Positions 1 to 18,145 of a DNA stretch of 64,000 bases are shown in pieces. How positions within the stretch are numbered: the stretch's first letter is position 1; the number at the start of each line of letters is the position of its first letter. Origin of the DNA: the human T2T-CHM13v2.0 reference genome, Homo sapiens; assembly GCF_009914755.1 (NCBI RefSeq), contig NC_060926.1; one strand, given 5' to 3'. A model generated the notes under the pieces. The model saw only the letters and a list, made by a program, of their open reading frames with translations, had not been told where the DNA came from and made no database searches. The translations under genes and the position numbers were made by a program.

Positions 1-1002
1 CTTTTCTCCATCTTTAAAAAATTAATAATTGTTATACATATGGAAAAGGTTTATTGTTTTGTCTGTTTAAAAACATGTTCTCATTTGTAAAAATAAACCA
101 GGTAACAGAGAAAATAAAAACTATGAAAAAGAAAATAAAATTAGCATAGAATTCCACTTCTGAGACCATATCTTTTAAAAATACATAACATACAGAAGAA
201 TAATCAGCATCAATCACAACTCAATCCTGTAGGTAAGAAATGATGACCATTATGTCCTTGAATATTACACACATTTGCTACCCCTAGGACACGTATGCAA
301 AGATGGAATATGGGGTGGAGAGAGAGAGTGTGTTCAATATTATTAGATGACTTGGCACAAAATCCCTAAATCTAAGGCACAGGGTTGCCTTTACCAATGT
401 TGTATGAGAAAGTTGCAAAAAGGAGCACTGCACTTATGGGTGATACTTAGGTGTGATAGAACCTGTGGTGACCAACCCTTTGAACTTATAAAAAACATGC
501 TAGGAGAGTGGAGCCAAGATGGCTGAATAGGAACAGCTCCAGTCTACAGCTCCCAGTGTGAGCGACACAGAAGACGGGTGATGTCTGCATTTTCACCCGA
601 GCTTTGAAGAGAGTAGTGACTCTCCCAGCACGCAGCTTGAGATCTGAGAACGGACAGACTGCCTCCTCAAGACGGTCCCTGACCCCCGAGTAGCCTCACT
701 GGGGGGCACCCCCGAGTAGGGGCGGACTGACACATCACACGGCCCGGTACTCCTCTGAGACAAAACTTCCAGAGGAACGATCAGGCGGCAGCATTTGCAG
801 TTCACCAATACCCACTGTTCTGTAGCCACTGCTGCTGATACCCAGGCAAACAGGGTCTGGAGTGGACCACCAGCAAACTCCAACAGACCTGCAGCTGAGG
901 GTCCTGACTATTAGAAGGAAAACTAACAGAAAGGACATCCACACCAAAAACCCATCTGTACGTCACCATCATCAGAGACCAAAGGTAGATAAAACCACAA
1001 AG

Positions 1003-2012
1003 ATGGGGAAAAAACAGAGCAGAAAAACTGGAAACTCTAAAAATCAGAGCACCTCTACTCCTCTAAAGGAACACAACTCCTCACCAGCAACGGAACAAAG
1101 CTGGACGGAGAAGGACTTTGACGAGTTGAGAGAGGAAGGCTTCAGAAGATCAAACTACTCCGAGCTAAAGGAGGAAGTTCGAACCAATGGCAAAGAAGTT
1201 AAAAACTTTGAAAAAAAAATGAGACGAAGGGATAACTAGAATAATCAATGCAGAGAAGTCCTTAAAGGACCTGACGGAGCTGAAAACCACGGCGCAAGAA
1301 CTACGTGACGAATGCACAAGCCTCAGTAACTGATGCGATCAACTTGAAGAAAGGGTATCAGCGATGGAAGATGAAATGAAGTGTGAAGAGAAGTTTAGAG
1401 AAAAAAAGAATAAAAAGAAATGAACAAAGCCTCCAATAAATATGGGACTATGTGAAAAGACCAAATTTACGTCTGACTGGTGTACCTGAAAGTGACGGGG
1501 AGAATGGAACCAAGTTGGAAAACACCCTGCAGGATATTATCCAGGAGAACTTCCCCAATCTAGCAAGGCAGGCCAATGTTCAAATTCAGGAAATACAGAG
1601 AATGCCACAGAGATACTCCTCGAGAAGAGCAACTCCAAGACATGTAATTGTCAGATTCACCAAAGTTGAAATGAAGGAAAAAATGTTAAGGGCAGCCAGA
1701 GAGAAAGGTCGGTTTACCCACAAAGGGAAGCCCATCAGACTAACAACGGATCTCTCAGTAGAAACTCTACAAGCCAGAAGACAGTGGGGGCCAATATTCA
1801 ACATTCTTAAAGAAAAGAATTTTCAACCCAGAATTTCATATCCAGCCATACTAAGCTTCATAAGTGAAGGAGAAATAAAATACTTTACAGACAAGCAAAT
1901 GCTGAGAGATTTTGTCACCACCAGGCCTGCCTTACAAGAGCTCCTGAAGGAAGCACTAAACATGGAAAGGAACAACCGGTACCAGCCACTGCAAAAACAT
2001 GCCAAATTGCAA
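1003..2012 (+). pseudogene. L1 ORF1p (RNA-binding protein), disrupted
   Basis: MGKKQSRKTGNSKNQS... from ATG 1003; RPNLRL, RYSSRR, REKG and YPA motifs in ORF 1452-2048; frameshift and stops between about 1220 and 1440; the normal TAA is CAA at 2010-2012. Confidence 0.92.
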
Positions 2013-2075
2013 AGACCATCGAGGCTAGTAAAAAACTGCATCAACTAACAAGCAAAATAACCAGTTAACATCATA

Positions 2076-5894
<3,819 letters not shown>

Positions 5895-6672
5895 ACAATG
5901 AGAACACATGGACACAGGAAGGGGAACACCACACACCGGGGCCTGTTGTGGGGTGGGGGGGAGGGGGAAGGGATAGCATTAGGAGATATACCTAAGGTTA
6001 AATGATGAGTTAATGGGTGCAGCACACCAACCTGGCACATGTATACATATGTAACAAACCTGCACGTCGTGCACATGTACCCTAAAACTTAAAGTATAAT
6101 AATAAAAAAAAGGAAAATATGCTACGAAAGTCTGTTCTGCCCCAACGTTTCACCTAAAAACATCCAACCCAGCAATTCTGCACAGTTAGCTGGAGCACAA
6201 CCAATTTAACAACTTTCCCTACAATATAAAACAGTAATTTGTGTTAAAGCTCAAATAGCCGTGAATAGAACAATATATTAAGTTGTTATCAGCCATCAAA
6301 ATCATAGTGTAGACTTGTTTATAAATTCCTTTTCAAAAAGCAGAGAACATTAGATGAAAAGATATGGTAAAGCTAAAGGGAGGTGGTATTAATATCAATA
6401 GAAAAGATTCTTGGTATGTTTTTGGTCATAGTATCCCTACTTTTTGCATTATTATACAATGTATTTGATTTCTTTCTGGCAAATGAGTGTGCTTTATCGT
6501 AATTATGACTAATCCTTCTGGTGTTTACTTTTATCATGCTCTCACTTTCATTAATGTTTCTTTGTCTAAGCAAATAGAAAAGTAATTAGCACAAGGCAAA
6601 TTTTATTTTATTTTAAGCTCTACATTGTGCTGACAGTGAATCGTCTAAGTCCATTGCTTTGGCAAATAAAAA

Positions 6673-6840
6673 CGATGGTTAAGAGAAACATACTGAATTA
6701 GTATTTGTGGGAGTAAAGCCAGGCCCACCTACTGGGTAAATGTGACCACCACCTGAAATCTAGAGATTTCTGATGAATAAAGGTAATTATGAATAATACT
6801 GCATACCTTGCCTGTTTCAGAGAATATGGCAGGAGCTCTG
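6673..6840 (+). mobile_element. MIR-family SINE fragment (degenerate)
   Basis: ATGGTTAAGAG start, TGTGACC and GAATAATACTGCATACCTTG resemble the MIR core and tail. Confidence 0.4.
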
Positions 6841-7596
6841 CATTGCCAAGAAAAGAATGTTTCTGTCTGCATGTATTCTTCTGTTTCACTCAGAAGCTTT
6901 ACCTACATGTGACTCACAGAAATGTAAGTAGGGTTTTGCTGCACCATGCTGACAGAATTCACTGCAGAGGCTGATATTCTAAACAAAATCATCAGGAGTT
7001 GCATGAAATTAAATTTCAATCTGATGCCAGAACTGCAAAAGCAATTTAAATATGTACACTATTTCTAAAGATAATGCTTATGTAGTCATAAATATGAAAT
7101 GCTAACAACCAGCGTGATTTAATTGGTTGAATTTTTTTCTAGGAAATTGAGATTTTTTTTTAAAGGTCTGTGTTTTTCTGGCTATTATCTGTAATGAATA
7201 ATTTTTATTTCTACGTACATATTTTTCCATGCTGGCAGAAAATAATTGTTTTGGGGAGACAAATTAACTCTTTCACTTATCCCGTTGAAAACAATGAAGT
7301 GAAATATATGCTCCTTTTCTCCCTTTACATGCCTCCTCCCAATCTCTTTCAATATGACACCCTTTTCTATGTACCTAATGTACTCCTTTGCTCAATCCTC
7401 CCCTATTCCCAACTAGTAATATATCACTCTGGCAGTACCTCATGAACCCCAACTTTCCCAATCACTTCTGCCTTCCCAAAAGATTGCTAGTCTTTGTCTC
7501 AGCTTCTCAAGGCTCCCCTCATATTAAAGGACAAACAACTCATTTTATCAAATAATGACAAAACTGTAGGTGAAATATTTAACTGATTATTCTTCT

Positions 7597-8010
7597 CCAT
7601 TAGCCTATTATTGTTGCTATCATGTTGCATAACAAACTACTCCCTGACTCCATTGGTTTATAATAATAAGCATTTATATTTCTTACACACAGATTTAAAA
7701 ATTAGCTGAGGTGTTCTGCTTCAGGGTTGGTCGAGCTTGGTTCTGGGCTCTGGTCACATAATTTTTGAGGGGCTTAGACTAAAGGGACAATGGCGTTCTG
7801 GGACATGCACTTCTCATGATGATCAGAGAAACATAGGAGACTGAGTCAAATTGTGCAAATACACTTAAGGCCTCTGCTTATATCCTGTGTGCAAGTCTTT
7901 CTTTAGTGAAAGCAACTTGAATGATCCAGCTCAATATGAAAGGGATAGGAATATATACTTCACCCCCCACAAAGCACTGCAAGTTAGAAGGCAGAAAAGG
8001 AGTAAAGAAT
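7597..8010 (-). mobile_element. MLT1-family (ERVL-MaLR) solo LTR, old
   Basis: TTGCATAACAAACTAC...GGTTTATAATAATAAGCATTTAT...ATTAGCTGAGGTGTTCTGCT is typical of MLT1H/I/J ends. Confidence 0.6.
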
Positions 8011-8235
8011 TGAGACTCTGCATATCCTTGAAAGGAATATATTTCTTCTTCTGAGGGAATGTACTACTAAGAGCATTGTGGTTTAAGTGAAAGTATAATT
8101 TATATTGGTAAAAAATGTTGGCTCATTGTAATTTGATGTATTTCTCCAACTAATTCTCACAATGAATCTGGTGAATCCCATGAATTACATCCTGTGGATG
8201 TTGTATGTCATCAATCATATAGTAAGTATAAAATC

Positions 8236-8395
8236 TAATACTCTGTGCCAGACACTGTTTTAAGTGCTTTATGTATATAACTCATTTAATTATCACAATA
8301 ATTACATCAGTTAATTACCATTTTGATCTCTTTTGACAGTTTAATAAAATGAGGCACAGAGAGATTTACCAATTTTTCCAAAGCCCCACATCATA
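8236..8395 (-). mobile_element. MIR SINE
   Basis: TGTGCCAGACACTGTTTTAAGTGCTTTATGTATATAACTCATTTAAT...ATGAGGCACAGAGAG is the reverse-complement MIR core. Confidence 0.8.
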
Positions 8396-8407
8396 AGTTA
8401 TACGACA

Positions 8408-8422
8408 TATATATATATATGC

Positions 8423-8453
<31 letters not shown>

Positions 8454-8463
8454 TATATACATA
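8408..8463. repeat. compound (TA)n(CA)n microsatellite
   Basis: Directly visible. Confidence 0.9.
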
Positions 8464-8479
8464 CTCTAGCCCCAGATCC

Positions 8480-9040
8480 TGAACTCCTAATAGACTGAAT
8501 ATGCAAATGGACAATGACCAGACCATATATGAATGTAGAACTCTGATCTACAACCTGCAGTAATGTACCTAGAAAGCTAATCCCTTATCTATAATAACCA
8601 GCCCAGGAGGCCAACCTGCTATAAATCAGAACTGCAGGAAGTCAGGCTGTTATCACAAGTAACAATCCAAGAAGCCAGAAAATAACCACTGTAACAATCA
8701 CCTCAAAATAGCCATGACTTGATTAATAACTGACAGCTTCCCTAATTTTTGTCTCTGCTTCTAATTCAGGACCACTCAGAGAAAGCCAAATATGCAGCCC
8801 TAACAAATCACATAGAATGCCCTGTTTCTAATCAGCCTGCCTACAGCTTCCCTAGGCCAACAGCCTCCTATTAGGTCATACCTGAAACCTTCTCTTTTTT
8901 CCACCATAATGCTTTCCCACTCCATTCTTGTCCTTGAGTCTCTCTGCCAAAACACAAGTGATGGTGGCTAACTCAATTGCTATAGCAAGTTCTGAATAAA
9001 TAGCTTTTGCTTTTCTCATTTTGGTTGGTCTTTATTTTTA
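8480..9040 (+). mobile_element. ERV1-class solo LTR (subfamily unresolved)
   Basis: About 560 bp with LTR-like composition, AATAAA at 8995-9000 and a U5-like T-rich end. Confidence 0.55.
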
Positions 9041-9284
9041 GATAATCATAACTATATTCATCATATTTAATTTAATAGAATTTGTGCACAGCATATCTAA
9101 CAGAGACTAAGACTACAGTTATCACTGCAAATGGGTCATCACTGGCTCTTTAAACATTTCATTTTGATAATATGGTCCTACTGATACTTAATATTTACAG
9201 TAGTATATGTATATACCTACAGGAAGTCCAAGTCAATAATGATCAAAACAATATTAACAAAACTAATATAAAACAACAACAGTT

Positions 9285-9480
9285 ATTTTATTAAGCAGTT
9301 ATAAGTACCACACGCATTATTAAAACCATTGCTTAGTTTGTTGCACACTTATTACTGGGAGTATCCTCATTTCACAGGTGGAAAATTAAGGCTTAAAAAG
9401 GGTAAGCAACTTGTTGATGCACATACTGCTAGGATATTATCCAAATAAGCTTTAATTCTGGTAGTTTAACTCCAAAGTTC
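9285..9480 (-). mobile_element. MIR fragment
   Basis: CTCATTTCACAGGTGGAAAATTAAGGCTTAAAAAGGGTAAGCAACTTG is a degenerate MIR core. Confidence 0.6.
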
Positions 9481-11841
9481 AAGTGAAGTGTATCAATGCC
9501 TGGTGCACAGTAGAAATTCAACTTACTAAATACTTTACTTACAAAAAGAAAGGATTATTAGTTGATCAACTCCCAACACTCAGTAAAACCTACACTGACC
9601 ATGAAAATCTATCAAACCCCTGGAAACTTACTTAAGATCCACTGCTTCCTTGGATCTTCTTTTTTTACATGCATATTATTTGTGTTAATCTACATTTTTG
9701 CTATGTGTATAACCAGTTTTCCCATTTAGATAAGAATATCTTAAGAGCAGGCAATTTTTTTTTTTTTGCTTTTCCTCCAGTGTTTAGTTTAACTGTGTGC
9801 ATGTTGTGAACACTCAGTAAATGCTGAGGACAAGATCTCCAAGGATGTCAGGATAACAGACTAAAGGTTCCCAGCACTCATCTCCTCCACAAACAAGGAC
9901 CAAAACAGCAAGTATGTCATCACACATCAAATAGGGCATCTAAGAGAAAACAGGAATTCAGCAGGGAAGTGACAGGGGATCTCTGAGGCATAGGAGAGAA
10001 AAGCAAACCAGCCAAACTGGCTGGGATCAGTTCAGAGCCAGGAGAAACTACCCATTATAGGAAAAAAAGATAAGTGAGAGATTTCCAGCAGTCCACATTC
10101 CCACCTCAGCCTCCTGCAATCCTAGCCAAAGGAGAGCGTTTCAGTCCTTGTGGATGCTTAGATTAGTATAGAAAGCTGCCTGGAGTCCAAGCAACAGCAT
10201 CGCTCCACATAGGGAGCTCACACTGAGTCCAATATACTCTGTGAGACCCAAGCAGCTGCAGCACAGTACCATTTTGAGAGCCCAGGCCCCAAAAGACGAC
10301 ATCCTGCTATGAGATTCAACAGTCTCTGCATCTCCACATTTTTGAACCTCTGCTAACATTTCTTCCACCCCTGCCACATCCACCCAGAGGGCGGCAATAT
10401 TGCGACGCTAGATGGAGCCACTGGTGTGGCCAGGTCCCCAGCCCTCTAGCCCATACAGTGTCCTATACCCCAGGGAACGAGTGGTGCAGCACACCAGGGA
10501 TGCTCCCTCCTGAGACAATGGGAGTTAAAGGGATATCTCCCCAGAGCCTGAGAGCTGTTTCCCCAAGGCCACTACTCTGATAGTAGCCATGCTCCCTCTA
10601 GTGGTGGGGCTACTGTGCACCTGCATGCACCTTCAGTGGGTCTAGGGAATAGGTCTCTCTGGTCACTGTCCTGGGGGCCGAAGGACAGGCCAGCCCAGCC
10701 TTGCTCAGCCCTCTGCCACCCCTGTTAGCACCCCCTCTCACCATCTAGGGGCCCAAGGACAGGCCTGCTCCACCCACTGCCACTGTCACTGGTGCCTAAG
10801 TGCACCATTTAAGTGCCTAGGGATTTACCCACCCCACACATCACCTCCAGCACTCATGTAAAGCATATGAGGGTAGGCTTCCCAAGCCTGCTGCCACCAA
10901 CCCACTCGCTAGGGCCTTGCCCACCAAGCCTGTTGCTACCAATGCTGATGCCTGAACATACCACATGGGGGCTTGAGAGTTGGCCAGCAGCTGCAACTAA
11001 ACTGCCAATGCCACACATATATCTAGGAGCCAGAGAACCCACCTTCCCATCCAGCCTACTGCTGCAACTGCTAGCACCTCAGTAAGCTACTTAAAGGCCC
11101 AAGGACTGGCCCACTAGAAACTGCTACCATGAGTGCCCTTACCACCACTATTACCCTCACAAATGTGCCATTTAGAAGCCCAAGGGCCTGTCCACTCCAC
11201 TCCTACTACCACTGGTCCTTGATGACCAGCTTGTCTGGCATACCTAGTCTCAAGCAAAGCCTCACACAGTCTCCACTACCAACTACAGCCCAGGCCACTG
11301 AGGGTCTCAGGGACACCATTGATTCTGATTACAACCAAAAAGTTTACAGAAAGACTACATTGTTATGCCCCACCAGAATAAAAGACAAAGCACCCTACGC
11401 AACCAACACTGTAGGTACTTATACAGGAAAGTTTTTCCCCACAAGATCCAACCCATAAAATTGGAACAAGTGACTGTTACACCAAAAGCACAAATATCAA
11501 TCAGTAACAAATCCTAACAAAATCTTTGAAATGCCTGAAAAAGAATTTAAAATAATGATATTTAAAAAGTCAGTGAGAAATAAGAGAATACAGATAAATA
11601 ATACCAAAAAATATCAAGAAAAAAATCCATGGTTTGAATCAGAAATTCAACAAAGAGATAGATATAATAAAAAAGAGCCAAACAGAAATCCTGGAATTGA
11701 GGAATCCAATGAATAAAATAAAAATATAATTGAGAGCTTCAGCAATAGACTACATCATAAAGAAGAAATCATTTCTGAACTTGAAGACAGGTCTTTTGAA
11801 ATAACCCAGTTAGACAGAAAATTAAAAAGAAATAAAAAAGA

Positions 11842-12150
<309 letters not shown>

Positions 12151-12639
12151 GAATAAAAAAAGAATGAGGAAATGCTAAGTGACATATAGAACACCATAAA
12201 GCAACAAAATTTTCTAATTTTGGGAGGTCCAGAAGGAGAAGAGATGGGCAAAGGCATAGGAAATCTGTTTAACAAAATAATATATGAAAACTATCCAAGT
12301 CTTACAAAAGATAGAGACATCCAAACAGAGAGCTCAAAGATACCCAATTAGATTCAACCCCAAAGGTTTTCTCCAAGGCACATTATACTCAAACTGTAAA
12401 AAGTCAAGGACAAAAGAATTCTAAAAGCAGCAACAGAAAAGTTTCAAGTCACAGATAAGGGCATCTTCATCAGACTAATAGTGAATTTCTCAGCAGAAAT
12501 CTTACTAGCCAAGAGAAAATAAGATGATATATTCAAATTTCTGAAAGAAGAAACTTACAGCAAAACTATCCTTCAAAAATGAAGAAAAAATAAAGTCTTT
12601 CCCAGACAAGCAAAAATGGAAGGAATTTATTACCACTAG

Positions 12640-12977
<338 letters not shown>

Positions 12978-15900
12978 TCAAGAAATCCTACATCAGGCAC
13001 TGAAAGAATGATACCTGCCATCATGAAAACATACAAAAATATGAAACCTGATGGTACAACAGAGACACAACTGAGAAAGAGAAAGGAGTCAAATGCTACA
13101 ACTACAGAAAACCGTCTAACCACAATTATAAACAATAAGAGAAGAGGAAAGGACAAATAATAAAGAAAAAGGACAAAGAAGAGCAAAGAATGTGCAAAAC
13201 CATTAGAAAACAACTAACAAAATGACAGGAATAAGTCACCTATCAATAATAACTTTGAATGTACAAAGATTTAATTTCCTACTTAACGGACATAAACTGG
13301 CTAAATGGTTTTAAAAATGTGGCCCATCTATGTGCTGCCTACAATAATCTCACTTCACCTGTAAAGGAATATATAAATTGAAAGTGAAAGGATGAAAAGA
13401 TATATTCCACGTTTTAAAAAAAAATAAGAGCAAGCAATAATGGCTATACTTATCAGATAAAACAGATTTTAAGTAAAAAACTATAAAAAGATAAAGAAGG
13501 TTATTATATAATGATAAAGGGATCAATTCATCAAGAGGATATAACAATTCCAAATATATATGCACTCTAAACTGGAGTACCCAGATATATAAAGTAAATA
13601 TTATTAGATCTAAAGGGAGAAATAGACTCAAATACAGTAACAGTTGAGAACCTCAACATTCCGCTCTCAACATGGAACAGATCATCTAGACAGAAAAATC
13701 AACAAAAGAACATTGAATTTAAACTAAACCTTAGAACAAATAGGCTTTACAGGCATTTACAGAACATTTTCATCCAGTAACAGTGTAGTATACATTCTTG
13801 TCATCAGCAAATGGAACATTCTCCAGAATAGGCTAAATTTAGATCACACACAAAAATTCAAATTTTTAGAAATCAAAATCATATCAAGTATCTTTTTAAA
13901 CCACAATGGAATAAAACTAAAAATCAATAACAAGAGAAACACTGGAAAGTATACAAATACATGGAAATTTTAAAACATGCTTCTAAATGACCACTGCAAC
14001 AATGAAAAAATTAAGAAGAAAATAATTTCTGAAAACAAATAAAAATGGAAGCATGCCAAAACTTATGAGATAAAGCAAATGCAGTCTAAGAAGAAACTTT
14101 ATAGCAATAAACATCTACATCAAAAAAGTAGAAAAATTTCAAATAAACAGCAATGCACCTCATGGAACTAGAAAACAAGAATAATGCAAACCCAGAATTA
14201 GAAGATGGAAAGAAATAATAAAGATCAGAGCAAAAATAGACTAAAAAAAGTACAAAGGATTAACAAAATGAAAAGTCTTTTTTTGGAAAAGATAAACAAA
14301 ATAAATAAATTGCTAGCTAAGCCAATAAAGGAAAAAACAGAGAATACCCAAATCAGTCCAATCAGAAAGAAAAATAGGGACATTAAGCTGATAACGAAGA
14401 AATAAAAAGGATCATAATAGACTATTATGAACAACTACGTGCTAAAAAATTAGAAAACCTAGAGGAAACAGATAAATTCCTAAAAACATATAACCTAACA
14501 AGACTGAACCAGGAAGAAATAGAAAACCTGAACACACAGTAACAAGTAATAAAACTAAATTAGTAATATAAATTCTCCCAACAAAAAGAAACACAGGACT
14601 GGATGGCTTTACTACTAAATTCTACCAAACTTATAAAGAACTAACACCAATTTTACACAAACTATTCCAAGAGTTTGAAAAGTAGAAAATTCTTCTTAAC
14701 TCATTCTTTAAGACCAGCATTACCCGACACTAAAACCAGATGAGGGCACAAGAAAAAAAGTACAGGCCAGTATTTCTGATGAATATAAATATAAAAAAAT
14801 CCTCCAAAAACACTCGCATACCCAATCCAATAGCACATCAAAAAGATAATACACCATAATCAAGTGGGGTTTATCCCAGGGATTCAAGGATGGTTAAAAA
14901 GTTGCAAATCAATAAATGTAATGCATCACATCAACAGAATGAAGGACAAAAACCATATAGTTACCTAAATAGGTGAAGAAAAATCATTTGATAAAATTCA
15001 ACATCCTTTCATAATAAAAACTCTCAACATATTAGGCACAGAAGGAACATATCTCAGCATAATAAATACCATATATGGCAAAAACACAGCCAACACCATA
15101 CTGAATGAAGGAAAAGCTGAAAGTCTTTTCTCTAAGAATTAGAAGAAGAGGACAAGAGGGTCCACTTTCGTCACTCCTGCTCAACGTAGTACTGGGAGTT
15201 CTAGTTAGAGCAATCAAGCAAGAGAAAAAAAATAGAGACATCCAAATTAGAAAAAAGGAAGTGAAATTTTACCTTGTTAAAAATGCCCTGCTCATATATA
15301 CTTTTTCTACATACATGTATACATATATATATAGAGAGAGAGAGAGAGAAATCATGAATAATCCACCAATAAAATGCTTAGAGCTGATAAACAAATTTGA
15401 TAAAGTTTCAGCATAAAAATATCAGTAGTGTTTCTACACACCAACAATGAACTAGCAGAAAAAGAAATCAAGAAAGCAATTCCATATACAATAGCTTAAA
15501 AAGTCCTAAGAAATTTAACCAAGGAGGTAAAAGACCTTTATAAGAAAAATTACAAAATACTAATAAAAGAAATTGAACAGGACACAAACAAATGGAAACA
15601 TATCCCATGCTCATGAATCAGAAGAATTAGTATTGTTAAAATGGCCATACTAATCAAAATAATCTACAGAAGCCATGCAATCCCTGTTAAATATCTATCA
15701 CGTTTTTTCACAGAAATAGAGAAAACAATTCCTAAAACTTGTATGGAACCCACAATGATCTCAAATAGCCAAAGCAATACTGAGCAAAAAGAATAAAGCT
15801 GGAGGCATTTCACCACTTGACTTCAAAATATACTATAAAGCTGTAGTAACCAAAACAACATGGTACTGGCATAAAAGCAGACACATAGACCAAAAAAACA

Positions 15901-17374
15901 ACCGAATAGAAAATCCATAAATAAATTCATATATTTACAGCCAACTGATTTTTGGCATAGGAACCAAGAACATACATTGGGAAAATGACACCCTCTTCAA
16001 TAAATGGTACTGGGAAAACTGAATATGCATTTGCAGAAGAATGAAATTAAGCCTCTATCATTTACCATATACAAAAGTCAATTCACAATGGATTAAAGAC
16101 TTGAACATAAGATCCAAATCTATAAAATTACTAGAAGAAAACATAGTGGGAATACTCCAGGATATTGGTCTAGGGAAGGATTTTATGGCTAAGACTTTAA
16201 AAGAACAGGCAACAAAACCAAAAATGGACACATGGGTGCATTTATGAAACTAAAAAGCTTCTGCACAGTGAAGGAAACAATCAACAACGTGAAGAGATAA
16301 CCACTAGAATGAAAGAAAATATTTGCAAACTATTAATTCAACAAAGAACTAATATATAGAATATTCAAGGAACTTAAATCAACCACAAAAATACAAATTA
16401 TTCCATTAAAAAGTGGGCAACAGATTTGGATAGGCATTTCTCAAAAGAAGATATACAAATGGCCAACAGGTATATGAAGAAATGTTCAACATCAGTAATC
16501 ATCAGGCAAATGCAGCTCAAAAGTACAATGTTTTCTCACCTCAGTTACAATGGCTTTTATCAAAAAGACAAAAAAATAACAAATGCTGGCAAGGATAATG
16601 AGAAAAGGGAACTCTTACATGCTGTTGGTGGGAATGTAAATGGGTATATCCATTATGGAAAACAGTATGGAGTTTTCTCAAAAAACTAAAAATAGAACTA
16701 TCATGTGATTTAGCAATCCCACTACTGGGTGTTTATTTAAAGGAAAGGAAATTAGTACATTAAAAGGATACCTGCACTTGCATGTTTATTGCAACATTAT
16801 TCACAATAGCCAAGATATGGAATCAGCCTAAGTGTCTATCAACGTATGAATGGATAAAGAAAATGTGATATATATATATACAACAGAATACTAGTCATCC
16901 ACAAAAAAAGAATGAAATTCTGTCATTTGTTGCAACATAGATGGAGCTGGAGGTCAGTAAGTTAAGAGAAATAAACCAGATACAGAAGGACAAATATTGC
17001 ATGTTCTTACATGTAGGAGCGAAAAAATTGATTTCACTGAGGTAGAGAGTAGTACCAGAGGTGGAGAAGGGTGTGAGGCATGAAGAGCATTTGATTAATA
17101 GCAGAAAACTTACAGGTAGACAGAATGAATACGTTTTATTGTTAAATAGCACAGTATAGTGACTGTAGTTAACAATAATCTACTGTATATTTCAAAATAC
17201 CTAGAAGAGAAGATTTGAAATGTTCCCAACACAAAAAATGTTAAGTGTTTGAGGTGATGGATATCCTAAATAACCTGATTTGATCACATTGCATACATGT
17301 GTCAAAATATCACATGTATAGGATAAGTGCACATAAATATACAATTATTATGCATCAAAAAAAGGTCACCAAGA

Positions 17375-17505
17375 GAAGGTATAATTTTTAGTTATGAAAA
17401 ATGGCTACAGGTTTAATTAAAGGCAGGGGAGAAGAGAACATTCCAGTCATGGAAAATACCATGCCCTAAGGAAAAGCAGTGGGAAAGGTAAGACATGTAG
17501 GACTG
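17375..17505 (-). mobile_element. L2 fragment
   Basis: GGGGAGAAGAGAACATTCCAG...GGAAAATACCATGCCCTAAGG resembles the purine-rich L2 antisense strand. Confidence 0.45.
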
Positions 17506-17769
17506 CACATGAATAGATGTAAGAAAAAAAGTTTTATGCAATGAAATCTTGACCCTCATTTCTGTTATGCCTTCAGTGTACATGAAGAATGTCTGGCCGT
17601 TAGTGGATGATCAGAGAAGAATGGGAAATAACACATGTGCTTATTTTGGAACCAAAACTTCAAAATGGCAGTTCTACAATTTACATTTTTAGGGGTTGAA
17701 TTATCATGACTAAATGCCGTTTTTCTTCATATGTGATGTCTGTTCGTGTGACAACACGACATTTTATAA

Positions 17770-18145
<376 letters not shown>

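Noticed and set aside
593-947. Antisense ORFs in the L1 5'UTR as ORF0
   Set aside because: ORF0 lies in the segment removed by splicing; these are incidental frames.
862-1239. N-terminally extended ORF1
   Set aside because: It starts at GTG in the 5'UTR and frameshifts near 1220; the real ORF1 ATG is at 1003.
2010-2048. ORF1 stop loss (TAA to CAA) creating an ORF1-ORF2 fusion
   Set aside because: Read-through ends at 2048, before ORF2, and ORF1 is already broken upstream.
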